This document shows, piece after piece, positions 34,429 through 40,662 of a stretch of DNA of 40,662 nucleotides (the first letter of the stretch is position 1; the number at the start of each line of letters is the position of its first letter). This stretch comes from a bacterium (GTDB lineage: Bacteria; SZUA-182; DTGQ01; JAFGSM01): NCBI GenBank assembly GCA_049472295.1, contig JBLIRM010000005.1, positions 1-40,662 of the forward strand, given 5' to 3'. A program made the translations under genes and the position numbers. Below the pieces are notes generated by a model. The model was not told the DNA's origin, searched no databases, and was given only the letters and a program-made list of their open reading frames with translations.

Positions 34429-36480
34429 TCAGTGTTTGTGTCTTCGGTATTTCTTTTTTGCTCTGCTCTTCATTCCCCCATGAGGCATTGAGACAATCCC
34501 CTCACTCCCACTGATCCTCACAATCTCGTCCCTTACCCTGGCAGCCTCTTCAAACCTCAGTTCCCTTGCATAAGTCTCCATTTTCTCTCTTAATTGCAGT
34601 AAATATGCCTTCTTGGATTCTTCTCCCACATGATAGGGGATCGCTTCTTCCCGGACCAAACTGGGTGTATAATAATCGGACTCGCACACCACCTGCAAAA
34701 GAGTACCGATGGACTTTTGAATCGATTCCGGCCTGATATGGTGCTTGCGGTTATATACCAACTGCATTTCTCTACGTCTTTTGGTCTCCTCAATCGCCGT
34801 TTGCATGGAAGGGGTTAATCGATCGGCATACATGATGACTCGACCATTCAAATTTCTCGCTGCCCTGCCTGAAGTCTGTATCAGGGCGGTTGTTGATCGA
34901 AGAAATCCCTCTTTATCCGCATCCAGGATGGCCACCAAAGACACCTCCGGCAGATCAAGACCTTCTCTGAGCAGGTTCACTCCGATCAGACAATCAAAAT
35001 GGCCCAGGCGGAGATCTCTCAGGATCTCCGTCCTTTCTATGGTATCAATTTCTGAGTGAAGATAACGGACCTTGATTTCGAGGTCCTGATAATACTCGGT
35101 GAGGTCCTCTGCCATCCGCTTGGTGAGAGTAGTAACCAATACCCTTTCATTCTTAGTGACCCTTTCCCTGACCTCAGACAAAAGGTCCTCCACCTGATTG
35201 GCGGCCGGTCGGACAATGATCTCCGGATCCATCAGACCCGTGGGCCTGATGATCTGTTCCACAACCCTACCTTGCGCCATATTAAGTTCATAAGAAGAGG
35301 GTGTTGCAGACACATAAACCACCTGGTGAACCTTGGAACTGAATTCCTCAAAACTCAAAGGCCTGTTGTCATAAGCGGAAGGCAGCCGAAAACCGAATTC
35401 AATAAGGCTCTTTTTTCTGGAACGGTCCCCTGCAAGCATCCCCCGCAATTGGGGAATACTGACATGACTCTCGTCAATGATGACCAGTTTATCTGAAGGA
35501 TAATAATCAAGGAGCGTGTGGGGAGGTTCCCCTGGCTTTCGGCCATCCAAATGGCGGGAATAATTCTCTATGCCGTGGCAGTAACCGATCTCCTGCATCA
35601 ACTCCAGATCGTATAAGGTCCTCTGTTCCAATCTCTGTGCCTCCAATAATCTGCCTTCGGCCTTTAAAAAGCGGAGCCTTTCCTCGAGTTCATTACGGAT
35701 CCTTTGCATGGCTTCCTTCATCTTTTCTTCAGGCAGGACATAGTGGCTATTGGGATAAATGGACACATGATCCAGTGTCTTCTTTTGGGTCCCGGTCAAG
35801 GGATTAAGGGAATGTATCCCCTCTATTTCATCACCGAAAAGGCTGATTCGAATCGCATCAAATTCGTATGCAGGGAAGATCTCTACCACATCCCCTCTGA
35901 CACGAAAGGTGCCGGATTTAAAAGCCACATCATTTCTCTCATATTGCATCCGCACGAATTCCTCAAGTATCTTCCGCCTGTCGATCTCCTGTCCCTTCTT
36001 TATAAAAAGGCTCATATGTTGGTATTCCTCAGGGGAACCAAGGCCATAAATACAGGAAACGCTTGCGACCACAATGACATCCCTGCGATCTAACAGGGAA
36101 CGTGTGGCAGAATGCCGCATTCGGTCTATGTCCTCATTAATCGAGGAATCCTTCTCGATATAGGTATCCGATTGAGGGATATAGGCCTCGGGTTGATAGT
36201 AATCATAGTAGCTCACAAAATATTCAACCGCATTGTCAGGGAAAAAGGTCTTGAATTCGGAATAAAGCTGTGCAGCTAAAGTTTTGTTATGGGAGATGAC
36301 TAGTGTCGGCCTCTGAACCCTCTGTATCAGATTGGCCATTGTATATGTCTTTCCGGACCCTGTTACACCTAAAAGTACAATATGCGGGGCACCTGACTGA
36401 ACCTCTTTTGTTAATGATTGAATCGCCTGGACTTGATCCCCCTGGGGACGGAATTCGGATGTTAATCTAAATAAGGGCAA
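34429..36480 (-). CDS. uvrB: Excinuclease ABC subunit B
   Basis: [54 protein letters not shown] and a C-terminal UVR domain (FEEAARVRD). Confidence 0.99.
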   Translation of the reverse strand: MPLFRLTSEFRPQGDQVQAIQSLTKEVQSGAPHIVLLGVTGSGKTYTMANLIQRVQRPTLVISHNKTLAAQLYSEFKTFFPDNAVEYFVSYYDYYQPEAYIPQSDTYIEKDSSINEDIDRMRHSATRSLLDRRDVIVVASVSCIYGLGSPEEYQHMSLFIKKGQEIDRRKILEEFVRMQYERNDVAFKSGTFRVRGDVVEIFPAYEFDAIRISLFGDEIEGIHSLNPLTGTQKKTLDHVSIYPNSHYVLPEEKMKEAMQRIRNELEERLRFLKAEGRLLEAQRLEQRTLYDLELMQEIGYCHGIENYSRHLDGRKPGEPPHTLLDYYPSDKLVIIDESHVSIPQLRGMLAGDRSRKKSLIEFGFRLPSAYDNRPLSFEEFSSKVHQVVYVSATPSSYELNMAQGRVVEQIIRPTGLMDPEIIVRPAANQVEDLLSEVRERVTKNERVLVTTLTKRMAEDLTEYYQDLEIKVRYLHSEIDTIERTEILRDLRLGHFDCLIGVNLLREGLDLPEVSLVAILDADKEGFLRSTTALIQTSGRAARNLNGRVIMYADRLTPSMQTAIEETKRRREMQLVYNRKHHIRPESIQKSIGTLLQVVCESDYYTPSLVREEAIPYHVGEESKKAYLLQLREKMETYARELRFEEAARVRDEIVRISGSEGIVSMPHGGMKSRAKKKYRRHKH

Positions 36481-36530
36481 TTTGATTCACCATAACATCG
36501 ATGTCTTTTTATTCCTTCAGATACCAAAGC

Positions 36531-36539
36531 ATTATAGCA
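36531..36539 (-). promoter_or_regulatory. Extended -10 promoter upstream of uvrB
   Basis: Minus strand TGCTATAAT (TGn-TATAAT) about 50 bp upstream of the start; no good -35. Confidence 0.5.
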
Positions 36540-36551
36540 TAAAAGCTTATC

Positions 36552-37112
36552 TTATTCGGATATTCTGTTCTTCCACCAATAGAGCCCTATGATGCCCATA
36601 ACCAGACACACAAGAATAAGGGACCACTGGCGTTTCTTATCCGATATGGGATGCGAAACGGGATATCCGCTGCGAATACTTCTGATCTCCAATGCATGGA
36701 TGTCGGTTTCACCCCCATGTGATGGGCAGGCCCGATTAAAGATCCCTCTGATCATCAGGATATCCCCTTTCGAATCATAACTGCCCGCATATTCGATCTC
36801 CGGCATGAGATGTCTCGGGACCCATACACCTATACTATCCGAACCATCATCGATGTTCAGCCAAAACCCCTTTCTGCGTGCCATTATATCTCCAATGACC
36901 TCTCCCTCGATCTCGATCTCGTGTTCGTCAAAACCCATGAGGTCCCTAACAACTCGGTTCAAGTAAATCCTTTCTGCAAATGCAGTTGACAAAGAAAAGG
37001 GACCCATCAGAGTCCATCCCATAAAAAAAAGACCTAAAAAAAGGATTACATGCCCCCATCTTCCAAAGAGCCGTTGAGAAAAATCCGATGGGTATACCAT
37101 CCGCCTGATCAT
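36552..37112 (-). CDS. Membrane-anchored OB-fold-like protein at the end of the Trk operon
   Basis: N- and C-terminal hydrophobic helices around IEIEGEVIGD…WLNIDDG…IGVW…GDILMIRGIF…CPSHGGETDIHA; start overlaps the trkH stop. Confidence 0.75.
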   Translation of the reverse strand: MIRRMVYPSDFSQRLFGRWGHVILFLGLFFMGWTLMGPFSLSTAFAERIYLNRVVRDLMGFDEHEIEIEGEVIGDIMARRKGFWLNIDDGSDSIGVWVPRHLMPEIEYAGSYDSKGDILMIRGIFNRACPSHGGETDIHALEIRSIRSGYPVSHPISDKKRQWSLILVCLVMGIIGLYWWKNRISE

Positions 37113-38611
37113 TTGACCCCCCCGAAAACACTGCCTATGAAACCAAAAAGTGCAAAAAGGGCCATAAATTCAAGACGGCCTGCCCACATGGCGAATATAT
37201 ATACAACCTTTATCATGCTGGGCATGTTGGGCACGGTCAGTCCGCAACTCAGACCTGTGTTGCTGGCTGCGGATATCCCTTCAAACAAGGCCTCTAAAAA
37301 TGGATACCCCTCGGATACCGCAACAACAGTGGATGCAACATATAACCCGATATAGGATAACACAATCAGCATAATCATTCTGATATAACTGTCGGTCAAA
37401 ACCACATCCTTGATATGGTGGAATTTTTGAACCACGATGGAGGATTCTGGAGAGATCAGGCGGCGGATGTCTTCCACCAGGCCGGTAAAAATGACCCCGA
37501 TTCTCAAATTCTTGAATCCCCCGGCCGTGGAACAGGCACTTCCTCCAATCGCCATGGCGATGATGATGCCTAAATAGGAAAGGAATTCCCATTCACCCAG
37601 CCATGTTGATGCATAAATCGTCATGTTCCCGGTGGTGGTATGTGCAGAGACAAGCTGATAAAAACCCCGGCGCCAGGCGGCCCATATCCCCGGATATACA
37701 CCTGATTTTTCAAGTCCGTAAAGGACAAAGGCTGAGGTGATGAGGACCGTACATGTAAAGGATACGATCTCCAGGTTGTGAAAGATCTCCTTGTACTGGA
37801 CATGCCATATTGTGAAATGCAGGGCGAAATTCAGCGATCCGGCTATAAAGATAATCATGGTGATCATCTCGATGATGGCAAAATGATAATACATCAGGTT
37901 TTGTGACATGGGTGCAAACCCACCCGTACTCCAGGCCCCCATGAATAGCCAGAGAGCATGGAAGAAGCCCCTGAGCCATCCCATGCCGGCCAGACGTGCA
38001 GAGATGGTAAGGATAAGGGTCCCGACAGCCATATAGGTAAGACTGATCAGCCATATGACCCTGGCGGTATGGATCACATTGGGAAGGAGACGCTCATCCT
38101 TTCCTTCCCCCACATAAAGGGAATAAGTCCCTGCAAATCCTTTCATGGCAAAGGTCAGGGCCACGACAATAATCCCCTGCCCTCCCACATAGGAAAGGAG
38201 ATGTCGCCACATATTCAGTCCGTAAGATGTGTGATTGAGATTCTGAATCAGATAGAGACCTGTGGTGGTATATCCGCTCATTACATCGAAACAGGCATCC
38301 AGATAAGAGCCATATTGACCGCTGAGCCAGGATGGCACAGCCCCCAGACAGGTGGCAATAAACCAGGACAGGGAGGCAGTTACCATGCCGAGTGTCCAGT
38401 TGATTTCCTTCTGTGCGGATGTAAATATCTGTAGCCCCAGGCCAACCAGGATACAAAGTGAAAAACCGATCAGGAAATCCAATACCACGGACCATTCCGC
38501 GAACAGGCAGGCTGTAGCGACTGGTATGAGCATAAGCAGTCCCACCCCGACAATGATCTTGCCTGTATAGAAACCAATGGTACTGTAATCTGCGCTAACC
38601 GGTTTAAACAT
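37109..38611 (-). CDS. trkH: Trk potassium uptake membrane subunit
   Basis: Four pore-loop motifs SGYTTTG, AWSTGGF, SAHTTTG and SAASNTGLS, plus IGGSACSTAGG and MWAGRLE. Confidence 0.93.
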   Translation of the reverse strand: MFKPVSADYSTIGFYTGKIIVGVGLLMLIPVATACLFAEWSVVLDFLIGFSLCILVGLGLQIFTSAQKEINWTLGMVTASLSWFIATCLGAVPSWLSGQYGSYLDACFDVMSGYTTTGLYLIQNLNHTSYGLNMWRHLLSYVGGQGIIVVALTFAMKGFAGTYSLYVGEGKDERLLPNVIHTARVIWLISLTYMAVGTLILTISARLAGMGWLRGFFHALWLFMGAWSTGGFAPMSQNLMYYHFAIIEMITMIIFIAGSLNFALHFTIWHVQYKEIFHNLEIVSFTCTVLITSAFVLYGLEKSGVYPGIWAAWRRGFYQLVSAHTTTGNMTIYASTWLGEWEFLSYLGIIIAMAIGGSACSTAGGFKNLRIGVIFTGLVEDIRRLISPESSIVVQKFHHIKDVVLTDSYIRMIMLIVLSYIGLYVASTVVAVSEGYPFLEALFEGISAASNTGLSCGLTVPNMPSMIKVVYIFAMWAGRLEFMALFALFGFIGSVFGGVK

Positions 38612-38612
38612 C

Positions 38613-38747
38613 TCAGGACAGGATTAAGTGAAAAAAGAGGGCAATGAAAAGTGTAAGAAGCATAAGGAATGCGGTATAAAGGGATTCCACGATCATCCCG
38701 CGCAGTGAATGGCTAATCTTGGACTTGAGTCTATGTTTGTACATCAT
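38613..38747 (-). CDS. 44-aa single-TM small protein between trkA and trkH
   Basis: GAGGA RBS; MMYKHRLKSKISHSLRGMIVESLYTAFLMLLTLFIALFFHLILS*; fills the gap, ending 1 nt before the trkH ATG. Below the ORF-track cutoff. Confidence 0.7.
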   Translation of the reverse strand: MMYKHRLKSKISHSLRGMIVESLYTAFLMLLTLFIALFFHLILS

Positions 38748-38757
38748 GAATCCTCTT

Positions 38758-39432
38758 TCATTCTAACTCCTCAAACTTGCCCACCAGGAGATCAAAAAGC
38801 TCTCGTTCGTTCTCTATGGTTGTCAAAGCGATCACATCATCCTGGGATTGCAGGAGGGTCTCCCCTTTCGGGATAATCACATCATTCCCTCTAAGGATAG
38901 AGATCAAGACGGAATTCGAGGGAAGCCGGATATCCTGCAGGCGTTTGTTGATTACAGGCGAATTTTCCGTCAAAGAGACACGAATCACGGATAGCTTCCC
39001 TTTTTTAAAGCTGAAGAGGGTGACAAGATCACTCAATGTAGCCTCTTCTTCTATGATCTTTGTGAGAATGGATGTGCTGTTGATGGGAACGTCCACACCC
39101 AATTGAGAGAATGATTTTTCATTCTGGGGGTCATTGACCCTGGCCAAGGTGCGCTTGATCCTAAAAAACTGCTTTGCAAGTTGGCAGGCAACCAGGTTAT
39201 TGGCATCAGAGTCCGTGACTGCAACCAACACATCCGCCCTGGCTATACCGGCATCTTCAAGGACATTCCCCTCACAGGCATCCCCATGGATGACAGTGAT
39301 CCCCAGATCTGCGGCAATCACCTCACAAGTGGAGAGGTCCTTTTCTATGAGCACGCAATGATGCTGGTCTCTGGTCAGGGACTTGGCCAAAAAATATCCC
39401 ACCTTCCCCCCACCCACCAGTATGATATTCAT
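38758..39432 (-). CDS. trkA: TrkA-family RCK regulatory subunit (second copy)
   Basis: NIILVGGGKVG Rossmann motif, GDACE..VLEDAGI, AVTDSDANN and an RCK_C domain. Confidence 0.92.
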   Translation of the reverse strand: MNIILVGGGKVGYFLAKSLTRDQHHCVLIEKDLSTCEVIAADLGITVIHGDACEGNVLEDAGIARADVLVAVTDSDANNLVACQLAKQFFRIKRTLARVNDPQNEKSFSQLGVDVPINSTSILTKIIEEEATLSDLVTLFSFKKGKLSVIRVSLTENSPVINKRLQDIRLPSNSVLISILRGNDVIIPKGETLLQSQDDVIALTTIENERELFDLLVGKFEELE

Positions 39433-40085
39433 AGAGTTTTACCCCAAAGAAGTTTATGGATCTCTTCCTTTTTTTCTACCAAACCCACTCCCATAATGGT
39501 ATCCTTATCCATGAGTATGTCATCCGATGAAGGGAGTGCCATACGCCCTTTTGTATTGATCAAAAACACATAAAAAAGCCCCGATTGGTTGAGATCTTTT
39601 ACACGCTTTCCCACCAAAGCCCCTTTGACTTCCAGAGTATATAATTCGACCCGATCTTGATAGGGTGCAAGATGCTCTTCAATGCTCCGCTCCAGGAATC
39701 GATCTCGAAACATCCTGGCAATGACCGTGGTACTGCTGATGATCTCGAGCCCCAGATGATTGTAGGTCGCTGCCTTCCTGGGATCATATACCCTTGCCAT
39801 TGCATTTGGGACATGATATATCTGCTTCGCAATCTGGACAGCAATAATATTAATATTGTCCTCATCCGTGACTGCGGCAAGGGCATGGGCCTCCTTGATT
39901 CCCGCACTTTCCAGGATGTCACAATTAAAACCGTTTCCTGTGACTGTCATTCCGTTAAACGCAGGCCCAAGTCTGCCAAATGCTTGGCTGTTTTTATCTA
40001 TTACAACCACATCATGGCCCTCGTCAGAAAGCATAATCGCCAGTTCTGATCCCATCCTGCCGCAGCCAATAATTAATACATACAT
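39429..40085 (-). CDS. trkA: TrkA-family RCK regulatory subunit (first copy)
   Basis: VLIIGCGRMG, VVVIDK, LESAGI, AVTDEDNIN and ARVYDP motifs. Confidence 0.92.
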   Translation of the reverse strand: MYVLIIGCGRMGSELAIMLSDEGHDVVVIDKNSQAFGRLGPAFNGMTVTGNGFNCDILESAGIKEAHALAAVTDEDNINIIAVQIAKQIYHVPNAMARVYDPRKAATYNHLGLEIISSTTVIARMFRDRFLERSIEEHLAPYQDRVELYTLEVKGALVGKRVKDLNQSGLFYVFLINTKGRMALPSSDDILMDKDTIMGVGLVEKKEEIHKLLWGKTL

Positions 40086-40422
40086 CCCTTTGATCTCTCC
40101 CCGCGTCCAAGCCCCTGTTATATAAATTCAATTCTACTGGAGCGAGCTTGTTCAATAACCATATAAACCCTATTTCAAAGGCCGTTATTTTAAAGCATCT
40201 TATAAAAATAAGCAACCCTCTTAAAACCCTTTTAGAACCCTTCACCAATTCTCCTATTACCGCCCCACTATCCTGGGCAAATAAGTTACTGCAGCATATT
40301 AAGGATATCCCATCTCCTCAGAAAAGCAACCTCTCTTCTCCAGGGATGCAGTTCTTACCCTCCCAACCTTATGAGCAAATATATTATTGCGGCATATTAG
40401 AATGTTATATCTCTTCAGAAAC

Positions 40423-40662
40423 CCCATCAGTTTGCGACAATGTTTCTTTTCCTTCCCTTATATTGTTGTGAGAGGACATATTTACGCAGCGATACACGAA
40501 TAACTTCTGCAAATTCTACACGGGTCATACACTGTTCCTCCCTTCCCATCCCCGTGATCAGAGATATTTACGGTTCCTTATATAACCCATCAGTTTGCGA
40601 CAATGTTTCTTTTCCTTCCCTTATATTGTTGTGAGAGGACATATTTACGCACCGATACACGA
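40423..40662. repeat. Two 77-bp direct repeats (40423-40499, 40586-40662) separated by 86 bp
   Basis: CCCATCAGTTTGCGACAATG…GGACATATTTACGCA(G/C)CGATACACGA with 1 mismatch; the second copy reaches the window end. Confidence 0.92.

Noticed and set aside
40086-40422. c-di-AMP (ydaO) riboswitch upstream of the K+ transport operon
   Set aside because: I could not find the conserved GCTGAA, GGGGGAACC, GGGGTGAA or CAGCTAAC motifs on the minus strand. An Infernal/Rfam scan would settle it.
40423-40662. CRISPR array
   Set aside because: The repeat (77 bp) and spacer (86 bp) are far longer than CRISPR norms, only two copies are visible, and there are no cas genes. Kept as an unexplained repeat.

Overview
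Bacterial chromosomal window from an apparently diderm, meso-DAP-using organism. Protein style suggests a Deltaproteobacteria/Nitrospirota-like lineage, but taxonomy cannot be fixed from sequence alone. 1-14.8 kb (- strand): a canonical dcw cluster (mraZ-rsmH-ftsL-ftsI-murE-murF-mraY-murD-ftsW-murG-murC-murB-ddl-ftsQ, the last cut by the window edge) with a sigma70 promoter overlapped by MraZ-type GTGG(G) boxes, and a divergent rsmI. 15.9-29.2 kb: a rearranged accessory region containing a ROK glucokinase, an SPFH protein inside a 256-bp direct duplication, an aroD/E-aroA-aroC block, scattered remnants of aroB, aroE, glk and epmA/lysS, a MITE, an M6-like metalloprotease with 150-bp tandem repeats, and three copies of a 34-53-bp IHF-site/promoter module at block junctions. 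29.4-34.2 kb: a co-oriented cluster of a stand-alone receiver, a putative propeptide/inhibitor-like protein, a pseudo-receiver histidine kinase and a secreted C39/C10-like cysteine peptidase. 34.4-40.1 kb: uvrB and a Trk potassium-uptake operon with an uncalled 44-aa membrane ORF. The window ends in a 77-bp direct repeat. No tRNA, rRNA, cas, integrase or transposase gene was seen. All homology calls come from motif recognition, not database searches.
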